A DNA stretch of 37,441 nt from Candidatus Eiseniibacteriota bacterium (lineage in GTDB: Bacteria; Eisenbacteria; RBG-16-71-46). Below the pieces are notes generated by a model. It did not search any database, had not been told where the DNA came from, and saw only the letters and a list, made by a program, of their open reading frames with translations. Made by a program: the position numbers and the translations under genes. Shown one piece after another: positions 8,507 through 17,231 of this stretch. The stretch covers positions 1 through 37,441 of the forward strand of contig JANLOX010000013.1 of assembly GCA_031366795.1 (NCBI GenBank), read 5' to 3'. Every line of letters starts with the position of its first letter. Position 1 is the stretch's first letter.

Positions 8507-9562
8507 ATGGCCAAACTCCGAATCGGCGTCCTGTACGACTACTGGTGGGACGAGGACGAGGAGCGGGGGGGCGATGCCGAACGCCCGAAGCGGCAGTCCC
8601 CCGATGAGGATGTCCAGGAAGTCTATGAAGCGCTGAAAAAGCAGGGACACAATCCTGTCTTCCTGCGCATCGATGGCACGCGCCAGAGTCTCCAGGAGCT
8701 GGCCGAATCCGAGACCGACCTGATCTTCAACATGGTCGAATCCTTCGGTGGCAATGACAGCCATGACACCAACGTCGCCGCGTACCTCGAGCTGCTGGAC
8801 CGTCGCTTCACCGGCACGGGTTCGCACGGGCTCTACCTCGCGCAGGACAAGGCGCTCGCCAAGAAGATCTTCGCCTTCCACGGCATCCACACGCCGTACT
8901 TCACCACCGTGTTCCGCGGCCGCACCGACACCTCGCACGACATCGAGTTCCCGGTAATCGTCAAGCCCGCGCGCGAGGATGGCTCGATCGGCATCCAGTT
9001 CGGCGCCGTGTGTGGCTCGATCAAGGAACTGATGGACCGCATCGATTACATCCACGCGCAATTCAATTCGCCGGCGTTGATCGAGGAATACATCGAGGGC
9101 CGCGAGCTGTACGTCGGGGTACTCGGCAACGCCGAGCCCGAAGCGCTGCCGGTCGTGGAGCTCGACTTGTCGCAGCTGCCCGAAGGCGTCCCGCGGATCG
9201 CTGGCAGCGAAGTGAAGTGGGAGGAGGGCACCGACGCCTACGAGAAGACGCACCCGTTCTTCCCCGACGATCTCGACGAAGCCATGCTCGGTAAATTGCG
9301 CGACACTGCGATCCAGGCCTACCAGGCGCTGCAACTCTGCGACTATGGGCGCATCGATTTCCGTCTGGCCACCGACGGCACGCTGCACGTGCTCGAAGTG
9401 AACCCGAATCCCTATCTGCTGCCCTCGGCCGAATTCTCGATGGCGGCGAAGCAGAGCGGACGCGAGTACGCGGACCTGGTCGGGGAGATCGTCGAGCAGG
9501 CACTGACGCGGTACGGCGTGAGTTCGCCACGCAACGGCAATGGCCGCGGGAGTGGCGGCTGA
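8507..9562 (+). CDS. D-Ala-D-Ala-ligase-like ATP-grasp amidoligase (non-canonical)
   Basis: FTG..QDKALAKK, FPVIVKPAREDGSIGI, LIEEYIEGRE, YGRIDFRL and LEVNPNP; GGAGG RBS. Lacks the canonical Ddl GGxSxE N-terminal motif. Confidence 0.88.
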   Translation: MAKLRIGVLYDYWWDEDEERGGDAERPKRQSPDEDVQEVYEALKKQGHNPVFLRIDGTRQSLQELAESETDLIFNMVESFGGNDSHDTNVAAYLELLDRRFTGTGSHGLYLAQDKALAKKIFAFHGIHTPYFTTVFRGRTDTSHDIEFPVIVKPAREDGSIGIQFGAVCGSIKELMDRIDYIHAQFNSPALIEEYIEGRELYVGVLGNAEPEALPVVELDLSQLPEGVPRIAGSEVKWEEGTDAYEKTHPFFPDDLDEAMLGKLRDTAIQAYQALQLCDYGRIDFRLATDGTLHVLEVNPNPYLLPSAEFSMAAKQSGREYADLVGEIVEQALTRYGVSSPRNGNGRGSGG

Positions 9563-9577
9563 ACCAGACAGGGCACC

Positions 9578-11212
9578 ATGCGCATGTTGTTTGAACACCG
9601 TTCGATTCCCTCACCGCGCGCCCTGACGTCTTTGCTTCGTCGCCACGCCGCCGTGATGCTGTTGCTCGCGCTCGCGCTGCCCGGCGCGGCTTCCCCCGCA
9701 CGGAGCGCCACGCAATTGCCGACGGGCTTCAGCGATTTGCTCGTGGCCGACGCCTTGTCCCAACCGGTCGGGATGGCGTTCCTGCCGGGCGGCCGGTTGC
9801 TCGTGATCGAGCAGGTGACCGGGCGCATTCGGATGGTGAACGGTGCCCCGGGTTCGCCGCTCGTGCTGGTCGGCGTGGTGCCCGGAATCAATACGGATGG
9901 CGATGAACGCGGACTGTTGGGTATCGCCGTGGACCCCCGCTGGCCCACCTTCCCGTATCTCTACGTGCACTCGACCCGCGGGGGCCCGCCTGCCCGGGCC
10001 ACGGTGTCGCGCTTCACGGCGTCGGGTGATGTGCTGGGAAGCGGCAGTGGTGTCTTCACCATCGATTCCGCCTCGCGCTACGACCTCATCAACGACGCTC
10101 CCGACGCTGCCCCGAACCACAACGGCGGCACCGTGCGCTTCGGTATCGACGGGATGCTGTACGCAAGCTTCGGCGAGGATGCCACGCCGTGCGCGGCGCA
10201 GGACACCACCAGCCTGCGCGGAGTTATCGTGCGGCTCGACGTCACCCGCCTGCCCGCGGGCCCGGGCTCGGCGCCGCGCGCGTTGGTGGCTGCGGCGGGC
10301 AACCCGTTCGCGGCCTCGCCGGATTCCAATGCGCGCCTGGTGTGGGAGTACGGGCTGCGCAACCCGTTCCGCTTCCAGGTCGATCCCGCGGATGGGGAGC
10401 TGTGGATCGGCGACGTCGGCCAGAACACGTGGGAGGAACTCGACCAGGCCGGCACGGGCGGATTGGACTTCGGCTGGCCGTTCCGCGAGGGACCTTCGGA
10501 CTATCCGATGACCTGCCCCGGCATCGTGCGCCCGCCGCTGAAGGAACCCGCGTTCGCCTACGATCGCGCCGAGGTGGGGAACGGGAGGGCGGTGATCATC
10601 CCGGCGGGACGGTATCGTGCGCCACTGGGCGCCAGGCGGCCATTTCCGGTCGGCTATGAGGGCGATATCCTGACGAGTGACTTCTATTCGGGTCACTTGT
10701 GGCGCCTGACGCCGTCGGGGGTCAGTCTGGTCTTTGCTTCGCCGGTACCGGGCCAACCCCCCGGGGACCACTGGGGGGAGGGATTCGACACCGTATCCGA
10801 CTATGCCATCGGCCCCGACGGCGATTGGTACTATTGCCGCATGGCCTCGGACCTGAACTTCAACGCGGGCAGTGGCCAGATTCGCCGCATCGTGGCGGGA
10901 GTCGTGATCGATACCCTACCGCCCTTTCGCCTTGGCGTGATCGTGCGCCCGGCCTACCCGATGCCGTCCCGTGCCTCGGTTTCGCTCGAGTTCACTTTGT
11001 CGAGTGCGGCGACCGTGTCGATCGCCATCCATGACCTCAATGGCAGGCTCGTGCGCCAACTGCAGCCGGCCGCCCCGTACGACGCCGGGAACTACGCCCC
11101 CAGCTGGGACGGCTTCGACGAGCATTCGCACCGAGCTCCCTCGGGGCTCTACATCGGGCGGTTGGTCGTCGCATCCGAAACGTACGAATGGCGCATAATC
11201 CTGACCCGCTGA
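9578..11212 (+). CDS. Secreted PQQ-dependent sugar dehydrogenase (GSDH) family beta-propeller with FlgD-Ig-like C-terminal domain
   Basis: Signal peptide ending ..ASPARSA; P.GMAFLPGGRLLV.EQ, ERGLLGIAVDP, NHNGG.VRFG.DGMLY, YGLRNPFR, GDVGQNTWEE and FGWP; C-terminal DLNGRLVR..WDG.D..SGLY. The exact start is uncertain. Confidence 0.85.
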   Translation: MRMLFEHRSIPSPRALTSLLRRHAAVMLLLALALPGAASPARSATQLPTGFSDLLVADALSQPVGMAFLPGGRLLVIEQVTGRIRMVNGAPGSPLVLVGVVPGINTDGDERGLLGIAVDPRWPTFPYLYVHSTRGGPPARATVSRFTASGDVLGSGSGVFTIDSASRYDLINDAPDAAPNHNGGTVRFGIDGMLYASFGEDATPCAAQDTTSLRGVIVRLDVTRLPAGPGSAPRALVAAAGNPFAASPDSNARLVWEYGLRNPFRFQVDPADGELWIGDVGQNTWEELDQAGTGGLDFGWPFREGPSDYPMTCPGIVRPPLKEPAFAYDRAEVGNGRAVIIPAGRYRAPLGARRPFPVGYEGDILTSDFYSGHLWRLTPSGVSLVFASPVPGQPPGDHWGEGFDTVSDYAIGPDGDWYYCRMASDLNFNAGSGQIRRIVAGVVIDTLPPFRLGVIVRPAYPMPSRASVSLEFTLSSAATVSIAIHDLNGRLVRQLQPAAPYDAGNYAPSWDGFDEHSHRAPSGLYIGRLVVASETYEWRIILTR

Positions 11213-13323
11213 CCGCGAGCCGCCTGCGTGTGCGGCGGACGGTTCTGCGCGCCGCGGCGCGTGGGGCGGCCTGCCTCGCGCTCGTGCTTGCCGCTTCGAT
11301 CGCGGCGGCGCCCCGGCCACAAGTGGGCGGCGTGAACTCCGACTTGCCTCCGATCGTGTTCGTCTCGCGTGTCCCTCTTGGCACAGGCCCCCGCGCAGGT
11401 GTTCCCGGGCTCGGGTCCCGCCAGCGCGCGCTGGCGCGCGGCGGCAGGCTGATGCTGCGGCGGCCCGACGGTGTGATTCGCCCACTCGGCGATCCCGGCC
11501 GCTTCTTCGATGTGAGTGACCCTTGTGTCTCGTACGATGGCCGCACCATCGCCTTTGCGGCCGTGACGCGCCCGGACAGCGCCTGGCGCATCTGGACCAT
11601 CGACCGCGAGGGGCGCAACGCGAAGCCGGTGACGCACACCGACCGACCGATCGACCTCGCGGCGTTCGGGCGTAACGCGAAGTTGTTCCGGCGCTACGAT
11701 GATCTCGATCCGTGCTGGCTGCCCGATGGCCGGCTGTGTTTCTCGAGCACGCGCTACCCAATCGTGGCGCAGGCCGGGGGCTTGAGCAGCAACCTTTGGG
11801 TGGTGGAGCCCGATGGCCGTGACTTGCTGCGCATCACCGCCGATCGCGACGGCGCCGATGAGCCTTCGATCGATCCGGTGAGCGGGCGCATCGTGTTCGC
11901 GCGCTGGTGGGGCAGCCGCCATCGCGCCAGCAACGTTGAGCCATCAGGCATCACGCTCGATACGACGCGCGCGCTCAAGGCGCAGCGCCTGATTCTGTGG
12001 CACGCGCTGGAGATCAATCCCGATGGCGAAGGCATGCGCCTCGCGGGCGGCAATCCGCGCGTGCGCACGGAAATGATGGCGTACCAGCCGCGCGTGCTCG
12101 CCGATGGCACGCTCGTGGGCGTCACCGCGGACACGTTGTCGCTCGAGCCGCATCCGGGACGCGTGCGGCTGGCGGTCTATCCCGGAGGACTTGCGCCGCA
12201 GGTCAGCTTCCCCGCGGCTCCGGCGCAGATGTGCGCGCCGGCTCCCTTGCCCGACGGGCGGTTGCTCGTCGCCTACGACCCGAATGGGCGTGGCGATTTT
12301 GGCATCGCGGTCGTGACCACGAGCGGCGCTGGGCTCACGATGCTCGCAGACCTGCGCGGAAGTCTGGAGCTCGATCCGGTCGCGTTGGTGGCGCGAGCGC
12401 GGCCGCCGGCGGTCGTGTCCGCCGATCTGCGTGGCCTGCCGCGCCAGATGCCGCCGCGCGATGCCGCGGGGGTCGAGCGCGAGAATGACCTGTTCCGTTT
12501 CGACTGCCTCAACGTGTTCAGCAACGCCCCGGTGGACGCGCCCGTTCCCGACGCGCCCGCGGTGGCGCGCGATCTTAGGATCCGTTTCTTCACCGCGTTC
12601 TCGCGGCCCGACCTGCCTTCGGGTGATTCGATCGCGTTCCTGCGCGTGGCCGACGTGATGCGCAGCGGCGCGATTCACGAGGAGACGATTCCCGGCGACC
12701 TTCCGATGTTCGAGCAATTGATCGATGCCCATGGTCACGTGCTTGAGACCGCGTCAGGTCCCGCGCACGTGCCGGGCTTTAACGCCGGCCGCACGGGAGC
12801 CGGCACGCGCTGTGTGGGCTGCCACGTTGGGCACACGACCATCGAGGTGCCGCAGAGTTACGCGGCGGCCAAGCGCTTCAACGCCGCACCTTCGGCGACG
12901 GTCACTGCGACGAGTGTCGCGGCCGGCTGCAGCGCGAGCGCCCTGGTCGACCGCCGCACGCGCGGCGCGACGCAGCAGGTGGCGTGGGTCGCAGCCGGGG
13001 GCGAGGGCGCGGCGGCGACGCTGCACTGGACGATTCCATTGGCGATCGACTCGCTCGTTCTCTACGCCGTGCGTCCCGATGCTGCGGCGGGCACGGACCT
13101 CGTGCTCGGGGGTTGCGATGTGACGCTGTGGCTCAACGGGCAGGTGGTGAAGACGCTGCATTTCGCGCAGCGAGTCGAGGTGGGAGGGACTCCCTTGGGG
13201 CTGGGCGGCGTGATCGCCGATGAGATCGAACTGCGCCCGTTGCGGCTGAGCGGCGGCGTCGGCGGCGCGCTCCGCGTCGGCCTTGCCGAGGTCGAAGCGA
13301 TCGCGCGGATTCCCGAGGACTGA
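11188..13323 (+). CDS. Exported hydrazine-synthase-alpha-related protein: TolB-like propeller, HZS-alpha middle-domain-like region with one CxxCH, and a C-terminal beta-sandwich
   Basis: DVSDPCVSYDGRTIAFA, DDLDPCWLPDGRLCFSSTR, CLNVF, PMFEQLIDAHG and TRCVGCH (12811-12825). The start may be GTG 11230 (RRTVLR plus hydrophobic stretch). Confidence 0.7.
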   Translation: MAHNPDPLTASRLRVRRTVLRAAARGAACLALVLAASIAAAPRPQVGGVNSDLPPIVFVSRVPLGTGPRAGVPGLGSRQRALARGGRLMLRRPDGVIRPLGDPGRFFDVSDPCVSYDGRTIAFAAVTRPDSAWRIWTIDREGRNAKPVTHTDRPIDLAAFGRNAKLFRRYDDLDPCWLPDGRLCFSSTRYPIVAQAGGLSSNLWVVEPDGRDLLRITADRDGADEPSIDPVSGRIVFARWWGSRHRASNVEPSGITLDTTRALKAQRLILWHALEINPDGEGMRLAGGNPRVRTEMMAYQPRVLADGTLVGVTADTLSLEPHPGRVRLAVYPGGLAPQVSFPAAPAQMCAPAPLPDGRLLVAYDPNGRGDFGIAVVTTSGAGLTMLADLRGSLELDPVALVARARPPAVVSADLRGLPRQMPPRDAAGVERENDLFRFDCLNVFSNAPVDAPVPDAPAVARDLRIRFFTAFSRPDLPSGDSIAFLRVADVMRSGAIHEETIPGDLPMFEQLIDAHGHVLETASGPAHVPGFNAGRTGAGTRCVGCHVGHTTIEVPQSYAAAKRFNAAPSATVTATSVAAGCSASALVDRRTRGATQQVAWVAAGGEGAAATLHWTIPLAIDSLVLYAVRPDAAAGTDLVLGGCDVTLWLNGQVVKTLHFAQRVEVGGTPLGLGGVIADEIELRPLRLSGGVGGALRVGLAEVEAIARIPED

Positions 13324-13556
13324 GGACCCAGACTCCCCGTTCCGGAGGCGTTTTGCCCCATCGTCCTCCCCAGGTGTTGCAATTTAGCATTCGAACGCCG
13401 CAAATCGGTTCCAGCCCAAGAGATTGCTTGGCCGTGCCGCCGCCGCTCCGCTACTGTTGTTCCTGCCTGTTCTTCCCGGCGCCTCCCTTCGTGGCGACGG
13501 CTTTCTCCGCCGACTTGTCGATTTTCACCGCGCTCTACTTCCATGGAGGACGCCGC

Positions 13557-16500
13557 ATGAAGCCCCGCATCCGCCTGCTCGCCGCCCTCTTGCTCGCGGC
13601 GGTGCTGCCGTGGTCGAAGACAGCGTCGGCGCAGGGTTTTAACAGCGTCTGGTCGCGCACCGGCACCGACGTGATCGCGGTGGGCGACAACGGCGAGAGC
13701 TACCGTTCACTTGACGCCGGTCTCAAGTGGACCGAGAGCGTGATCGGATCGCCCTCGCTCAACCTGCGCGACGTCACCGGGCGCGGACTCACGATGCTCG
13801 CCGTCGGTGACGGCGGCATGATCTGGCGGAGTACGAACGCTGGTGGCGCATGGGCCTCGACGACGGCGCCGGGGGCGACGCCGCTGCGCGCGGCCGCGAT
13901 GGCCAGCGATGCTGTGTGGGTGGTCGGCGGCAACGGCGGCATGCTGCTGCGCACGACGGATGCGGGCGCCAACTGGGTGAGCGTCACCTCGGGAACAGCG
14001 CAAACGCTTTATGCGCTGCACTTCACCGATGCCCTCAATGGCTGGGCTGCGGGGGCCGCGGGCACCCTCCTTGCCACGACGGATGGCGGCGCCAATTGGA
14101 ACACTGTCGCGATCGCGACTTCCAACGCGCTGTACTCGGTGGACCAACAGGGCAGCAAGGTGTGGGTGGTGGGCGCCAACGGAACGGCGTGGCGCAGCAT
14201 CGACGGCGGCGCGAATTTTAATCCCGTACCGCTCAAGCTCGATGCGCGCTCGGACGTGCGCAGCGTCGTCATGAAGTCACCCGATTCGCTGTGGATCGCG
14301 GGCGGCGGCGGATTCATCCGCTTCAGCAACGATGGGGGTGCCACCTGGACGTTCCAACAGCACACGTTGCAGGCCCCGATCACGCGGCTGGCGTTCAACG
14401 GCACCGGTGTGTGGGCGACCAACTCCGCGAATCGCGTGGTGATGTCGAGCATCAATGGCGGCACGACCTGGCGCATGCCGACCGGGGCCACGGTGAGCCG
14501 CAGCTGGGGCGCCACGCCGCGCTTCCTCATCAATGGCCAGACGCGCGGCTCGGGATTCGCGCTCAATCCGGTGGACAAGAACACACTTTACTGCGGCATC
14601 GGTTCCAACGTGGCGCGCAGCCGGGATGAGGGCCAGAGCTGGCAGGTCGCCTCGACGTTCCCGGCCGGCTACACCAAGTGCAACGCGTTCGTGGTTTCGC
14701 CCAAGGACTCAAACCTCTGGCTGGCCGCCCTCAGTGGCGGCACCGTGGCGGATCGCGTCTACCGCACCACCGATGGCGGATCGAGCTGGAACATTTCCCT
14801 CACGCATGAATTCGGCGAGTACGGCATTCCGCTCGAGATCAACCCTGACCGGCCCGACACCGTGTACTTTGGCGGCGAATTCAACGCCACGGGGGCAGCG
14901 CAGGTGCCGCTGTACCGCACCCAGAACTTCGGCGCCTCATGGGACTCGCTCGCGAACGCCCTATTCCGGAGTCCCTGCGATATCGTCGCGCTGCCCGAAA
15001 CGACGGGTGTCATTCTCATCGGCGATGGCGTGACGGGGTCGGGGCGCGGCCGCTTCCTCAAATCGTCAAACAACGGGCTGACCTTCGCGATCAAGGATTC
15101 GATCGGCTCGAGCGAAATCCCCGGCATGGCCGTGAGCCGCCTGCGGCCCAACGCAATCTTCGCCACCAACTGGAGCAGCGGAGGCGTCGAGCGCTCGACG
15201 GACTATGGCAACACCTGGCCCGTGGTCAACAACACGGTCCAGTCGTGGGGCATCGACATCGCCAAGGACGATCCAAACCTTGTGGTGTTCGGACAATACT
15301 CCACGCCGTACTACACGTCTCTGTCGTTCGATGGCGGGACCACCTACACCATCATCCCGCCGACATCGGGCTTCAACAACAACTACGGCATCTACGTGCG
15401 CGACCGCGCCACGATCTTCGCCGAGCAGTCCGGCGGCATCTGGAAGCTGCAGGAGAACTACTCGTACACACCCAGCAACGACGCGCAGTCGCTGCAACTC
15501 AACTCGCCGCAGGATGGCGATGTCGTCGCGGGCGGAAGTGTCGTCAACATCAACTGGCTCGAAACGGCGATTGCGCTGGTGCGCATCGAGTACCGGCCCT
15601 CGGCTGCCGCCGCGTGGCAACCCGTCGCCACGGTGAGCGGCTCGCTGGGCAGCTACGCGTGGCATGTGCCCACGGACATGACGAGCGACGCGCGGATCCG
15701 CATCTCCGACATGTGGGATGGTTTCCCCGAAGATGAGATCACTGCCGGGTTCACCATCCGGACGCCGCGTCTGGTCGCCTCTCCCGTGGCGCTCGACTTC
15801 GGTTTCCACCGAACCGGTACCGCCACGGTGCTGCCGCTGACGATCCAGAACACCGGCAACGCGCCGCTCATCGTGACCTCGATCGCCACGGCGACGGGGG
15901 TCTACGCGATGGGTCGCACGACGTTGACGTTGGCGCCCGCGCAGCAGGACACCGTGGGCGTCTGGTTCATGCCGGTCACGGAGGGAACCTTCCCCGACAC
16001 GGTTATGATCACCAGCAACGATCCGGTCACCGCCACGTTTGCGCGCGCGCTGACGGGCCAGGCCGCCGGCCCCGCGGTAACGCTGGCAGCACCCAATGGC
16101 GGCGAAGCATGGGCGGCCGGCACGACGCAGGCGATCACATGGTCGAGCGCGTTCGTGTCCACCGTGAATCTCGACTTCCGCGTCGCACCCGATAGCGCGT
16201 GGGTTCCGATCGCCAGCGGCCTGCCCACGTTGCCCGCGAGCTACTCATGGACGATCCCCTACCTGCCGACGGCCACTGCGACTGTCCGCGCGAGCGGGCC
16301 GGGAGTCACACCGCTCGACTTGAGCGACGCCGAGTTCACGATCTTGAGCCCGCGCTTCGCGGCAGCACCCGACACCCTGCGGTTGCCGGCGATCCAGGTG
16401 GGATTCTCGGGTGGCGATCCACTGCGCATCGACAACACCGGCAACGCACCGCTATCGATCACCGGAATCACGTCCTCGAACCCGGAGTTCCACGTCGGGC

Positions 16501-16973
16501 GTACGAGCCTGGTCATCGCCGCGGGCGAAAGCGACACCGTCGGTGTGTACTTCGAGCCGACTGCGGCAGGCCCGCAAGTAACGCAGCTCTCGATCGCGAC
16601 CGATGAGCCCTCCAGCCCGCACCTGCGCGCCGCGAGCAGCGCCGGGGTTTTGAGCCTTGCGGCGCCGGGCGAGAATGCTGTGGCATTCGCGCTGGGCCAG
16701 AACCGCCCGAACCCGTTCGCGCACGCGACGCTCATTCAATACACCTTGGCACGCGAGTCGGATGTGACGCTCGATGTATTCGACCTGCGCGGCCAACGCG
16801 TGGCGCGACTGGTGAACGGCCGCGAATCCGCGGGGCGTCATGAGGTCTCTTTCGGTGCGAGCACGCATGTGGGCGCGGGCCTGTCGCTGGGCCGCGTGCC
16901 GGCGGGCGTGTACTTCTACCGCCTGCAAGCCGGCGCGCTCACCGCGACGCGGAAGATGCTGCTGGTGCAGTAG
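13557..16973 (+). CDS. Large secreted BNR/YCF48-like beta-propeller protein with alternating Ig-like and choice-of-anchor-D (ASH-like) modules and a T9SS-A-like C-terminal domain (1138 aa)
   Basis: GGAGG RBS; signal peptide MKPRIRLLAALLLAAVLPWSKTASA; many S/TxDGGxxW Asp-box repeats; two copies of (P.GG....G....I.W / I.NTGNAPL..T.I); C-terminal QNRPNPF..FDLRGQRV..GVYFYRL..RKMLLVQ. Confidence 0.88.
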   Translation: MKPRIRLLAALLLAAVLPWSKTASAQGFNSVWSRTGTDVIAVGDNGESYRSLDAGLKWTESVIGSPSLNLRDVTGRGLTMLAVGDGGMIWRSTNAGGAWASTTAPGATPLRAAAMASDAVWVVGGNGGMLLRTTDAGANWVSVTSGTAQTLYALHFTDALNGWAAGAAGTLLATTDGGANWNTVAIATSNALYSVDQQGSKVWVVGANGTAWRSIDGGANFNPVPLKLDARSDVRSVVMKSPDSLWIAGGGGFIRFSNDGGATWTFQQHTLQAPITRLAFNGTGVWATNSANRVVMSSINGGTTWRMPTGATVSRSWGATPRFLINGQTRGSGFALNPVDKNTLYCGIGSNVARSRDEGQSWQVASTFPAGYTKCNAFVVSPKDSNLWLAALSGGTVADRVYRTTDGGSSWNISLTHEFGEYGIPLEINPDRPDTVYFGGEFNATGAAQVPLYRTQNFGASWDSLANALFRSPCDIVALPETTGVILIGDGVTGSGRGRFLKSSNNGLTFAIKDSIGSSEIPGMAVSRLRPNAIFATNWSSGGVERSTDYGNTWPVVNNTVQSWGIDIAKDDPNLVVFGQYSTPYYTSLSFDGGTTYTIIPPTSGFNNNYGIYVRDRATIFAEQSGGIWKLQENYSYTPSNDAQSLQLNSPQDGDVVAGGSVVNINWLETAIALVRIEYRPSAAAAWQPVATVSGSLGSYAWHVPTDMTSDARIRISDMWDGFPEDEITAGFTIRTPRLVASPVALDFGFHRTGTATVLPLTIQNTGNAPLIVTSIATATGVYAMGRTTLTLAPAQQDTVGVWFMPVTEGTFPDTVMITSNDPVTATFARALTGQAAGPAVTLAAPNGGEAWAAGTTQAITWSSAFVSTVNLDFRVAPDSAWVPIASGLPTLPASYSWTIPYLPTATATVRASGPGVTPLDLSDAEFTILSPRFAAAPDTLRLPAIQVGFSGGDPLRIDNTGNAPLSITGITSSNPEFHVGRTSLVIAAGESDTVGVYFEPTAAGPQVTQLSIATDEPSSPHLRAASSAGVLSLAAPGENAVAFALGQNRPNPFAHATLIQYTLARESDVTLDVFDLRGQRVARLVNGRESAGRHEVSFGASTHVGAGLSLGRVPAGVYFYRLQAGALTATRKMLLVQ

Positions 16974-17231
16974 CAGGCGCGGCGGATGTCGGCGCAACTC
17001 GCGCCTTAGTGCGCACGACTTACGGGGCAAGTGGTGACACACGCGGGGCTCGGGATGGGCGATTGGGCCTGCACTTCGAATCGGGACGACAGGCGGCGGA
17101 ACCGCGCCGGCCGACCTCCGTCGAGTCCCGCGCCTCCCGCCCGCTTCGACAGCCCTACGGCGCAGGCCTTAGACTTGCGCCGATCGTTGTCCCGGCCCGT
17201 ATCCCCCACAACTCCGCAGGAGAGCACGCGC

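Noticed and set aside
8507..9562. Calling this gene ddl or vanA
   Set aside because: The D-Ala-binding N-terminal motif and omega loop differ, and there is no cell-wall or van gene context.
11188..13323. Evidence for anammox metabolism
   Set aside because: Only an HZS-alpha-like domain with a single CxxCH is present. There are no hzsB/hzsC or hydrazine dehydrogenase genes, and such homologs occur outside anammox bacteria.
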